From contig CALXJG010000003.1 of the NCBI GenBank assembly GCA_944388565.1, positions 409 to 64,408 of the forward strand: a DNA stretch of 64,000 nt, in the 5' to 3' direction. Below, piece after piece: positions 1-9,700 of the stretch; the stretch's first letter is position 1; every line of letters starts with the position of its first letter. The position numbers and the translations under genes were made by a program. Under the pieces are notes generated by a model. It was not told where the DNA came from and made no database searches. It was given only the letters and a program-made list of their open reading frames with translations. This stretch comes from an uncultured Clostridia bacterium (lineage in GTDB: Bacteria; Bacillota; Clostridia; TANB77; CAG-465).

Positions 1-247
1 ACCAAGGTGTTAAATAATTTTTTTCATCTAAATCATTTTCAAATAAAGAAACAAATCCCACTAAATTATCATCATCAAGTAATATTAAAGTAGGAAACTT
101 TTCTAGTCTTAATTTTTCCTTTTCTACTTTCTTATTAAGCTTATCTTTTTCTTCTCCTTTTTCCCATGGTGTTCCCCACTCTTCATGGCAAATTAAAACA
201 AATTCTTCAATATACTTAATATTATCTTTTAAATAACATATTTTCAT
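1..247 (-). CDS. GNAT-type N-acetyltransferase, N-terminal part (runs off the window start)
   Basis: Manual minus-strand translation from the ATG at 245-247, with RBS AAAGGAG upstream: MKICYLKDNIKYIEEFVLICHEEWGTPWEKGEE...LVGFVSLFENDLDEKNYLTPW. It resembles the N-terminal half of GNAT proteins. It is absent from the ORF track because the window edge truncates it. Confidence 0.4.
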   Translation of the reverse strand, partial: MKICYLKDNIKYIEEFVLICHEEWGTPWEKGEEKDKLNKKVEKEKLRLEKFPTLILLDDDNLVGFVSLFENDLDEKNYLTPW

Positions 248-407
248 AGAACTACACTCCTTTTGTTTATTAATAATATACTAGAATTTATAAAAATAAT
301 TGTATTAAAAGATTATACATATAACAAATTATAAAACTATCTATTTATCTTCATGTATTTTATTTAACATTTTATTATTTTCTTTTTCTAACTCTTTTAA
401 ACTCTTT

Positions 408-1178
408 TTAGGTGTAGGTAAATCTTCTGGCATAGTTCCGTCCTGCTTGTTTAATTGCATTTCTAACTATTTTTCCAATTTTATTATGAGTATCGCAAGC
501 TTTCCTTTCAGTATCAACTTTATCTCTTTTTAATCTTGATTCTGTTTGCGTAATGCGAAACAAATTAGCTGCAAGTTCTTCACTTCCCATATTGTCTAGA
601 ATATCTTCTCTATATCTTAGACCTTTTCTTTTTGCAATATCATCAGCAGTTTCTCCATTATATAATCCTTTATATCCGCTATTATGAAATTTATCAAAAT
701 TTTTAACACCTGCATTTTTTGCAGTTTGATTAAGTGAGTAATTTCCCTTTCTTGTTAAATCTCTTTGATAAAATCTTTTTTCATCTTCTGTTAGCATACT
801 ATATTCTTTTTCACTTATTTCTTGCTTTCTAGTTTGAACTGCAAAATATGTTTGAGCAAGAGCAATTACTTTTTTTCTACTATCCCCATTTTGTGCTATT
901 AAATAACAAGCATAACGAGTTAATTTATAATCTAAAATTGTTTTTTCTGCCCCTTTAGGCATTTTTATCGTTTTACTGACGTCAGTAAAATGTTCAAACA
1001 CACTAATATCGCTATTTTGACACGACTTTTTAGCTTTATCAATTATTTTTTCAAAATTTTGCCAGTTTGAATATTGTAGAATCGGCATTAGCTCTCTAGC
1101 ATACCAATATTCAACTCCATTCTCATCAACATGTTTAATATTTTCAAAGAAATTATTATCTTCACTAATATTATTCAT
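408..1178 (-). CDS. dinD: DNA damage-inducible protein D (DinD) family protein, with a 3'-terminal frameshift
   Basis: 256-aa ORF. YARELMPILQYSNWQNFEKII, LTRYACYLIAQNGD, QTYFAVQTR and GSEELAANLFRITQTE align with E. coli DinD as I recall it. The conserved C-terminal GGTMPE(D/E)LPTP tail lies in another frame, open to a stop at 341. Confidence 0.8.
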   Translation of the reverse strand: MNNISEDNNFFENIKHVDENGVEYWYARELMPILQYSNWQNFEKIIDKAKKSCQNSDISVFEHFTDVSKTIKMPKGAEKTILDYKLTRYACYLIAQNGDSRKKVIALAQTYFAVQTRKQEISEKEYSMLTEDEKRFYQRDLTRKGNYSLNQTAKNAGVKNFDKFHNSGYKGLYNGETADDIAKRKGLRYREDILDNMGSEELAANLFRITQTESRLKRDKVDTERKACDTHNKIGKIVRNAIKQAGRNYARRFTYT

Positions 1179-1260
1179 TAATATAATTCTCCCTCCTTAA
1201 TTTTAACATTTATTCTTGATTACGATTCTCTTTTGTTTATTATCTATCTTTAATATTATG

Positions 1261-1430
1261 TTTGGGCAAAAACAATAACTATTTTCTACTACCTCTATTT
1301 TGTGCTATTAAATAACAAGCATATCAAATTGATTTATAATCAATTTGTTCTCTATAAGCTACTGAACCGATTTGCACCATTTTATTGACGTCAGTAAAAT
1401 GGTCAAACCCACTAGTATTAATATTTTTAG
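1261..1430 (-). pseudogene. Decayed partial copy of the internal dinD segment
   Basis: About 170 nt align by eye with 851-1017 of the neighbouring dinD. Shared strings include attttgtgctattaaataacaagcat and tgacgtcagtaaaatg. No intact frame remains. Confidence 0.7.
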
Positions 1431-1669
1431 AATTTTCTTTTGTTTCTTATCTACTGTTAGCATGTTATATTAATATAATACTCTCACCTCCAAGTAAGAA
1501 TATTATACAACATGAACATTTGTTTGTAAATGCTTTTTATCCTACTTTTCATCGCAAGTTTCGACAAAATTTAAAATTAGCTTAATTTTATATCATTTTT
1601 TTACAAAATAAATTTTTTCTATAACATAAAATAATAGACCTGGTACTATTAGTATCAAGTCTTTATATC

Positions 1670-1743
1670 TGGCAGGGGCACTAGGAATCGAACCCAGCTC
1701 TGGAGTTTTGGAGACTCTTATTCTACCGATGAACTATGCCCCT
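1670..1743 (-). tRNA. trnW: tRNA-Trp (anticodon CCA), with encoded 3' CCA
   Basis: The reverse complement reads AGGGGCATAGTTCATCGGTAGAATAAGAGTCTCCAAAACTCCAGAGCTGGGTTCGATTCCTAGTGCCCCTGCCA. Acceptor AGGGGCA pairs with TGCCCCT, the anticodon loop is CTCCAAA, and the T-loop is GGTTCGATTCC. Confidence 0.92.
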
Positions 1744-1816
1744 ATATATTACAATATTATCACAACAATAATATTGTAACATTTTTTTATTTTTTTTGCA
1801 AGTATTTATATTATTT

Positions 1817-2899
1817 TTATTCTTTTACTCCAAAAAATATTCCCATATCTCTTGCAGTCCTATAAACATCATTAGTATCTAAGTCCAAAATTCTTGCATC
1901 TCTTACTTTTGGAAACTTAGTTTTTACTAAATCACCTTCTTGTGCTCCAACTATAAACCCAGATCTTCCATCTGCAATAAGGTTCATAGCATAGTCACCA
2001 AGTCTAGCTCCAAGTATAATATCAGCTGTACAAGGTTCTCCACCTCTTTGAATATGTCCAAGAACAACTGGTCTTGATTCAACACCTGTTTTTTCTTCTA
2101 TTTGTCTTGATAATTTTTCTGCTATTCCGCCATATCTTTTTTGCTCAAAACTATCTTTTACAATTCTAGAAATAGTTTCATCTTTTCCTTTTTCTTTTGC
2201 TGCCTCAGATGCTGCAACTATTACATAACGTTTTCCGCCATCCATGATTTCTTTTACTTTTTCACACACAGCATCTAAATCATATTCTAATTCTGGTAAC
2301 AATATTATATCTGCACCAGCAGCAAAACCACCATATAAAGTTAAATATCCAGATGTTCTTCCCATCATCTCAACAACCATAACTCTTCTATGTGAATATG
2401 CAGTTGTTTTTACTTTACGTATAGCTTCTACTGCATTTTCTACTGCTGTTTGAAATCCAATAGTTGGATTACTTGCAATCATATCATTATCAATTGTTTT
2501 TGGTACGCCTATTGTTTGCATTCCATGTTCTTCTATTACTCTTGCTGAATCTAGTGTTCCATCTCCTCCAATTATAATCATACCATCTACGCCAATCTTT
2601 CTTAAAGCCTGTATTGATGGTTCAACCATATCTTCATAATGTACTTTTTTATCATCTACAGGATAATGGAATGGACACTCTTTATTTGAAGACCCTATTA
2701 TAGTTCCACCTTCAGTTTCAATATTATATACACTTTTTTTATCAAGTTTTACATAGTTTTTCTCAACAAACCCTTTATAACCATCCATTATACCAATTAT
2801 TTCTATATTCTTTTTTTGTGCAGACATAACTACTGCTTTTATTACACTATTAAGACCAGGACAATCTCCTCCCGCAGTCATTAATGCTACTTTCCTCAT
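1817..2899 (-). CDS. pfkA: 6-phosphofructokinase
   Basis: MTAGGDCPGLN, IGGDGT and MGR motifs. Start moved to the ATG at 2897-2899 (MRKVALMT), preceded by AAAGGAGTGAGAGG. The track ORF extends to 2938. Confidence 0.9.
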   Translation of the reverse strand: MRKVALMTAGGDCPGLNSVIKAVVMSAQKKNIEIIGIMDGYKGFVEKNYVKLDKKSVYNIETEGGTIIGSSNKECPFHYPVDDKKVHYEDMVEPSIQALRKIGVDGMIIIGGDGTLDSARVIEEHGMQTIGVPKTIDNDMIASNPTIGFQTAVENAVEAIRKVKTTAYSHRRVMVVEMMGRTSGYLTLYGGFAAGADIILLPELEYDLDAVCEKVKEIMDGGKRYVIVAASEAAKEKGKDETISRIVKDSFEQKRYGGIAEKLSRQIEEKTGVESRPVVLGHIQRGGEPCTADIILGARLGDYAMNLIADGRSGFIVGAQEGDLVKTKFPKVRDARILDLDTNDVYRTARDMGIFFGVKE

Positions 2900-2953
2900 A
2901 AAACCTCTCACTCCTTTTAACTTATTATATCTTAGCATTAATTAAGATATTTT

Positions 2954-3631
2954 TCAATCACTTTTTAAGAATTCAAAAATAATTTTATTTATACTATTTA
3001 ATGCCTCTTGTAAAAATTCTCTAAATTCTTTTTTACTTCCTTTATCTGATATTGCACGAATCGCACAAAAATCAACATGATTTAATGCACATACGTGATT
3101 TATAGCAGCTGTTTCCATATCAACAGCAATAGCATTAAATTTATCTTTTAACAGTTCTTTAGTAGTACTTTCTTCAACAAATTTATCAGAGGAAGCAATA
3201 ACTCCAGTTATAGCATTATTATCTTTATTTGAAATATCATATATACTTTTTACTAACTTTTCATTACACTTTACTAATACTTTTTCAATTCCAAAAGTAT
3301 ACCCAAGTTCATATCCAAGAGCTGTTGTATCATTATCAAATTCAACCGTAGCACTACTTATAGCAATACCACCAATATCAAGTTTAGAACTAATGCCACC
3401 TGCAACTCCAACATTTAATATATATTTTATATCAAAATTTTCTATTAAAAGTTGTGTACATATTGCAGCATTTACTTTTCCTTCTAAACTTTGAACCAAT
3501 ACTACATCTTTATTATATAACTTTCCAATATAATATACAAATGGTCCAATTTTATTTTCTTTAATTTCTTGTAATTTATTAAGTAATAGAGCTATTTCTG
3601 ACTCCATTGCACCAATAATTCCAATATACAT
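2954..3631 (-). CDS. mtnN: 5'-methylthioadenosine/S-adenosylhomocysteine nucleosidase
   Basis: 225 aa. IGIIGAMESEI N-terminus and the VDMETAAI motif are typical of MtnN/Pfs. Confidence 0.85.
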   Translation of the reverse strand: MYIGIIGAMESEIALLLNKLQEIKENKIGPFVYYIGKLYNKDVVLVQSLEGKVNAAICTQLLIENFDIKYILNVGVAGGISSKLDIGGIAISSATVEFDNDTTALGYELGYTFGIEKVLVKCNEKLVKSIYDISNKDNNAITGVIASSDKFVEESTTKELLKDKFNAIAVDMETAAINHVCALNHVDFCAIRAISDKGSKKEFREFLQEALNSINKIIFEFLKSD

Positions 3632-3646
3632 ATTATTTCTCCCATT

Positions 3647-5032
3647 TTAATTATTTTTTATACTATTTTTTTCAATACTACTCATTCTTTCGCATGCATA
3701 TGAAAGTAAAATAGTTGGTAACTTTTTCTTACTATTTTTATCCTTTAACAAATCAACTATTTTCTTTGAATCTTTTTTATATACCTCTCTTAACACCCAT
3801 CCAATAGCTTTTTGAATCAAATGATTTTCATTATACATATGATTTTTACATATATCTATACAAAAATTAAGCTTATTATTTCTTGCCATAGTAAGTAAAG
3901 AGACTATACCAATCCTTTTTATCCAAATATTATCATTTTCAACAAATTTTAAAACTTCTTCCTTAGCTTTAGAAATGTTTATTGACATTAAATAAAATCC
4001 TAGAATATTTGGACCAGCTTCATCAGTTAAATCCCAATTATTTATATAACTTACATTGCTACACATAAAGTCTACTACATCTTTTATTTTATTATCCTCA
4101 TTTTTTGAGTAATATTTTTTTACAATATTAGACATGCAAAAAATTGCAAATCTTCTATAATCATGATAAATACTTGATATATATGGTGTAAGTGTAGTAA
4201 GATTAATATCTTTATACCATACTCTAGCTGCTTTTCTCATTGTTGGGACACTAATTCCAAGTAAAGTATCATTTTCTCCATACCCACCAGGAACTATCAT
4301 AAGTAACTTTTTATCAAATTCAAGATTGCCATCTTTTGGTAAATTTGTTAAATATTTTAATATATTAAGCTTTAGTAAATTATCTTTTGCGTCATTTTTA
4401 GTAAGGTAAGAGCCAACAACAAAACTATCTACATTAAGTGATAAAGGTGTTTCAATTGTTTCTAGATTTACTCCACCATCTACTTGTATTATTTTATCTT
4501 TAAATAATCTCCTTGCTATAGATATTTTTTCATTAGTATTATAAATATATGATTGACCTCCATATCCCGGTTCAACACTCATTATTAGTAATAAATCAAA
4601 CATATCAGAATATTTTTTTAACTCTTTAACATCTGTATTTGGTTTTATACTTACTCCTATTTTTAACTCTCTATTACATGTTTTATATAATTCTTTTTTT
4701 ATACTAATTAATCTATTTAATACAGCATTAAAATTAGAAATTTCATAGTGAATAGTAATAATATCTGTTCCATATTCAATTGCTTTATCAATATATTTAT
4801 CCCCAAGTGGTTTTTCTACCATTAAATGAGTATCAGTATAAAATCCCAAATTTTTTGCAGTTTTTATATATTTTAAATCTATACCTGTATTATTTACGAA
4901 TTTACCATCCATAACATCAAAATGAATCCAATTTTCAAAACAATCTTCATTTTTTTTATAAGTTTTTAATTCCTCTAAAAAATTAGGTATATTCTTCGCG
5001 TCTAAAATAGATATTGATATACTTTTTTGCAT
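3647..5032 (-). CDS. rpe: Fusion protein: ribulose-phosphate 3-epimerase domain plus AlkD-like DNA alkylation repair (HEAT-repeat) domain
   Basis: N-terminal ~225 aa carry HFDVMDGKFV, DTHLMV, MSVEPGYGGQ and VDGGVN (Rpe). C-terminal ~230 aa carry LGISVPTMRKAA, NNWDLTDEAGPNILG and QKAIGWVLRE (DNA_alkylation/AlkD-like). Start set at MQKS, preceded by AGAGGTGAT. Confidence 0.75.
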   Translation of the reverse strand: MQKSISISILDAKNIPNFLEELKTYKKNEDCFENWIHFDVMDGKFVNNTGIDLKYIKTAKNLGFYTDTHLMVEKPLGDKYIDKAIEYGTDIITIHYEISNFNAVLNRLISIKKELYKTCNRELKIGVSIKPNTDVKELKKYSDMFDLLLIMSVEPGYGGQSYIYNTNEKISIARRLFKDKIIQVDGGVNLETIETPLSLNVDSFVVGSYLTKNDAKDNLLKLNILKYLTNLPKDGNLEFDKKLLMIVPGGYGENDTLLGISVPTMRKAARVWYKDINLTTLTPYISSIYHDYRRFAIFCMSNIVKKYYSKNEDNKIKDVVDFMCSNVSYINNWDLTDEAGPNILGFYLMSINISKAKEEVLKFVENDNIWIKRIGIVSLLTMARNNKLNFCIDICKNHMYNENHLIQKAIGWVLREVYKKDSKKIVDLLKDKNSKKKLPTILLSYACERMSSIEKNSIKNN

Positions 5033-5036
5033 AGTA

Positions 5037-5948
5037 TCACCTCTTATATTTTTTATCATCAAGTTCTTTTAATTTATTATATATATACACATATCTTTCA
5101 TACCTTTTTTTATCGATAATACCTTCTTTAACTAATTTTTTAACTCTACAAACTGATATATCCTCATTAACATGCATGCAATCTTCATAGTCACATTTTA
5201 TATCTTTAAATTCTGGATAATAACTTGGTAGATTTTTATAATCTATATCATATAATTCATAACTTGAAAAACCTGGAGTATCTAAAATATATGTATTATC
5301 TTGTAAACTATATAATTTTACATACTTAGTAGTATGTTTTCCTTTATTTGTTTTTTCTCCTACTTTTCCTATTAATATATCTTCATTTTTACAACCTAAT
5401 ATTTCTTTTGTTATACTAGATTTTCCAACACCCGAATTACCAGAAAAAGCAGATACCTTTCCTCTTAATACTTCCTTTAATTTATCCATTCCTTCTTTTT
5501 TTACTGTACTTGTGTATATAACTTTAATACCTAAATTAGTATACACTTTCATTATATAGTTTAGTTCTTCTTTAGCTTCTTCTGTATTTTCTAAAAGGTC
5601 TGTTTTATTTACACATATAACTGGAGTTATATTTTTACTTTTACATAAAATAATTTGTTTGTCAAGTAATATATAATCTGGTGATGGCGATGCCACTGAT
5701 AACATTATTACAAGATTATCTATATTTGAAACTGGTGGCCTTATTAAACTGTTTTTACGTGGCAATACCTTTCTTATAGTGTATTTATCATAACTTTTGT
5801 TAAATTCAACCATATCACCAATCAATACACTATTTTTACTTTTAACATTCCCTGTTAATATAGCTTCATATTTATTATTATTCTTATCTTCTAATATATA
5901 TTTACCTAGTAAATTTTCAGTTACTCTTGCAGTAATAATTTTTTCCAT
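5037..5948 (-). CDS. rsgA: Ribosome small-subunit-dependent GTPase A
   Basis: 303 aa with circularly permuted GTPase motifs NKTDL, GNSGVGKSS and DTPGF, plus a C-terminal Cys/His zinc motif. Confidence 0.88.
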   Translation of the reverse strand: MEKIITARVTENLLGKYILEDKNNNKYEAILTGNVKSKNSVLIGDMVEFNKSYDKYTIRKVLPRKNSLIRPPVSNIDNLVIMLSVASPSPDYILLDKQIILCKSKNITPVICVNKTDLLENTEEAKEELNYIMKVYTNLGIKVIYTSTVKKEGMDKLKEVLRGKVSAFSGNSGVGKSSITKEILGCKNEDILIGKVGEKTNKGKHTTKYVKLYSLQDNTYILDTPGFSSYELYDIDYKNLPSYYPEFKDIKCDYEDCMHVNEDISVCRVKKLVKEGIIDKKRYERYVYIYNKLKELDDKKYKR

Positions 5949-6000
5949 AAATAACTCCTTTTTATATTATATATCTTACTATAAAATATACATTTTTGCA

Positions 6001-6039
6001 AGAAAAAGAAAAAAATCGGGGTGATTAATCACTCCGATT
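6001..6039 (-). terminator. Intrinsic terminator closing the giant-protein / 230-aa ORF unit
   Basis: Hairpin aatcggggtgat/atcactccgatt at 6014-6039, followed on the minus strand by TTTTTTCTTTTT. Confidence 0.7.
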
Positions 6040-6732
6040 CTAACCTACACCTTGCTTTTGAGATGGATCATTTGGATCTACCTTTACGTCAGGATTACTT
6101 TCATTAGTTGTTGGAATATAATATGCTATCTCTCCATACAATATATCATCTTTTACATAAAAAGCTATCTCATAATTTAACCTTTCTTCAAATAATGTTA
6201 TATAATGTACTGTACTTCCATCTTTTATATTCTCATATACACTTTTACTTGTATCTACTTCTCCATTTCCATCTTTTGTTCTATCATACTCTGATATAAG
6301 CTCTAAGTTTGTATAATTTAAATATTCTAAAGCCTTTTTCTTGTATTCATTCATACTACTTTCAATCTCTACTACATCTTTTTTACTTACATTCTTTTTT
6401 AGCACTGACCTTATAACATTTTTATACTCTATGCTATTATTTTCTCCAGTTGTTATATTTATATACTCAGACTTATAATCATAGAAATCAACTTTTGCTC
6501 CTCTTGCTTGATAATTCATATCTATATGAAATATCTCATAACTTGTTTCTTCAAACTTATCTTTTATAAATGTATTATCTACTAAGTTTATATTTGTCTC
6601 ATCTATTTTCTTTGGTTTTACAACAAAAAGAACAACAATTGCTATTATAGCTAAGACTATTATCAAAGTTATTATTAAATATATTTTTTCTATCTTCTTT
6701 CTTTCTATAGCCATTTTTTTACCTTTCTTCAA
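6040..6732 (-). CDS. Hypothetical single-pass membrane protein
   Basis: 230 aa. Basic N-terminus followed by a hydrophobic helix (IYLIITLIIVLAIIAIVVLFVV). It lies 38 nt downstream of the giant ORF. I recognise no family. Confidence 0.55.
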   Translation of the reverse strand: MKKGKKMAIERKKIEKIYLIITLIIVLAIIAIVVLFVVKPKKIDETNINLVDNTFIKDKFEETSYEIFHIDMNYQARGAKVDFYDYKSEYINITTGENNSIEYKNVIRSVLKKNVSKKDVVEIESSMNEYKKKALEYLNYTNLELISEYDRTKDGNGEVDTSKSVYENIKDGSTVHYITLFEERLNYEIAFYVKDDILYGEIAYYIPTTNESNPDVKVDPNDPSQKQGVG

Positions 6733-6770
6733 TAGCCTTTACTATATTCATAAAGGCTATTGAGTTTTTT

Positions 6771-9700
6771 TTAATTTAAATTTATATATTCACTTGATAC
6801 CCAGCCTGACCTTGTTCCATCTTCATAGTCAACATTATTTTTAGTATATACAGTTGGAACTGTTATATATACCCATAGCACTCCTGATGAACCATAATTT
6901 ACATATGCACAATTTGTTATTGTTGCTGTTGCATTTGTCTTTGCAAACCTGTTATATCCATCATAATTTACTCCTATGTTTGAGTATCCTGCTCCTGGTC
7001 CTTTTCTGATATTTAATGAGTTTCCTGTTGCTGTTACTTTACCTGTTTTGTTTAATGTCCACTGTGCATATAATGTTACTGTTCCACTTGTTGCTAAATT
7101 TGTTACAGACTGTCCATTTGAATATGATGTACTTGTTCCTGCTGAATTCCTATTCCAATTTTTAAATGTCCATCTTAATGTCTTTGAACCATAACTCATT
7201 GTATAATTTTTTACGAATCCATTTGCACGTAGAGCACTTGCTGTTCCATATCTATGTGTACTTGTTGCTGTACTTCCTCCTGTATTTCCGTTTCCGTTAT
7301 ATGCTACATAGTATGTATTTCCTGTTCTTGAGAAGTTTGCTGTTACTGTCCTTGCCCCTCCTGATATCATAGCACTTGATGGCGACCAACTTGAGAAGCT
7401 TGTCGAATATCCCGTTGCTGCTGTTGGACTTGCCGTTACTTTTCTTCCATCACCAAGAGTTAGTGTTGCTCCACTTGTCCAATATGAAGTACCATCTTTT
7501 ACAATCACACTACTTGCAGATGTTGTTCCATAACTTGTATTATTTCTTGCTATTGTTAGCGTATAGAAATTTATTGGTATATATGTTGTTGATGCTCCTA
7601 CAGTTCCACTTGCTGTATATGACAAATTTACACCATCTATTTGCAATCCATTTATTGACCAACTTGTTCCATATGGATGTACAGTCCAATAATCAGATAT
7701 ATAACCCTTGTTGCTTCCTCCGACTGTTAAATTCACTTTAATTCTACTACCCGTATAGCTTGCTCCATCTAAGCCTAGATTTAAATCTAGATAATAATTA
7801 TTTTTTTTCCAATATGCATATAACGTACGATTTCCTGTTGTAGTATATATATTATTGACAAAAATTCCATCAGCATTTACATATTGCGTTCCTGTGCCAT
7901 TTTGTCCAGTGTAATAACCTCCAAATGTATATCCTGTTCTTGATGGCTTAGTTATAGTATGACCATTAGTCAAAGGAATAGTTGCCGCCTCATTTTGGTA
8001 ATAATATACTGTTGCTCCATTTATCACTTTAGTTGTATTATAATAATACCAGACTGCTGTTGTACCCGCACTTGTTGCACTTTGATTATTTAAAGTTATC
8101 TTATATTTATTTGGTGTCCAATATGCATACAATGTACGATTTCCTGTTGTCATATATATATTATTGACAAAAATTCCATCAGCATTTACATATTGCGTTC
8201 CTGTGCCATTTTGTCCAGTGTAATAACCTCCAAATGTATATCCTGTTCTTGATGGCTTAGTTATAGTATGACCATTAGTCAAAGGAATAGTTGCCGCCTC
8301 ATTTTGGTAATAATATACTGTTGCTCCATTTATCACTTTAGTTGTATTATAATAATACCAGACTGCTGTTGTACCCGCACTTGTTGCACTTTGATTATTT
8401 AAAGTTATCTTATATTTATTTGGTGTCCAATTAGCTGTAAATGTTTTATTACCAGTATCACCTTTTTGAATTATATTTACTGGTATTGATGTTACATTTC
8501 CACCTTGTCTATAAAATTTAAACTTACTTACTACGGCTTTTGTACTACTAAAACTATCTATTGTAAATCCTACATTATATGTTCTTCCTTTCTCTAGATT
8601 TACCCTATAGCATAGTCTTTGAGAGTCTCTCGTTGTTCCATTTGCAGATATTGATATATAATATGTTCCTGTTTCTAAACTAGATGTATATGCAACATTA
8701 TATGTTCCTGGTGTAGTATGATGTGTTATATCTGTTATATAATTTAGATTCAAATCCCATAATTGTATTTTTACACTATTAAACTCATTACCAGATATAT
8801 TTTGTGTCATTGTATATACACCATTTGACTCTGTCATAGACACATTACCATTCATATTAATTATTACTGCTTGACTCGATAATCCATCTTGAGATTCTAC
8901 CCAACCATTAAATGTATATCCTGTTTTTGTTGGATTTTTTAAAGTAAAATCATTTGTTTTAGCAGTATATTCTTTTGGATTACCTGGATCTGTACCACCA
9001 TCTAGGTTGTATGTTATTTTAAATGTAGTTTGTTCCCACTGAGCATATAAAGTCACTGTACCGCCATTTTGATCTCTGCTATAATATGCACCTGAATCAT
9101 ATGATGTACCAGTTCCATCTGCCTTTGTGTTCCAATTTTTAAATGTATATCCCTCTCTTACAGGCTTTACACTTGATATATAGAAACTTGTTCCGTATGA
9201 TTTTATTTGTGGCTCTGGTGCTCCTGTTCCTCCATTTGCATCATATGCTACTGTATGTTGATAATTTCTCCATCTTCCATATAATGTTATATCTCTATCT
9301 GGCATTATAGAAGTTTCTTCTACCTTTGTTCCACCTACTGGTTCTGTATACCATCCATCAAAATTATATCCTGCTCTTGTTAATACAGGTAAAGTTCCAT
9401 ATTCATCTCCTGCTTTATACTCTTGAGTTGTATTTGTAGGTGTTCCTTCCATTAATTCTAATGAGTGTATATATAGTTCATCTCCAGCATTCCACTTATC
9501 ATCTCCGTTTAAATATACAACAAATGAATAATATCCATTTTCATCTGTCTTTGCTGTAAAGGTATGTGTATATTTTTTCCACTCTGTTGTTAACGTTTGA
9601 TTGCTAATCCATCCACCTTGTTCTGAACCTATAAACACACCAGTCTTATTGCTACTTGCTTTTACATATACACTCCATGTATATGTTTTTCCATCTGTTA

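Noticed and set aside
1385-1585. 66-aa plus-strand ORF between dinD and tRNA-Trp.
   Set aside because: It overlaps the decayed dinD fragment, has hydrophobic low-complexity composition, and has no RBS.
7809-8426. The 309-nt repeat pair as a diversity-generating retroelement template/variable repeat pair.
   Set aside because: There is no reverse transcriptase in the window. The 4 mismatches are not adenine-specific. Both copies are in-frame tandem units of the same ORF.
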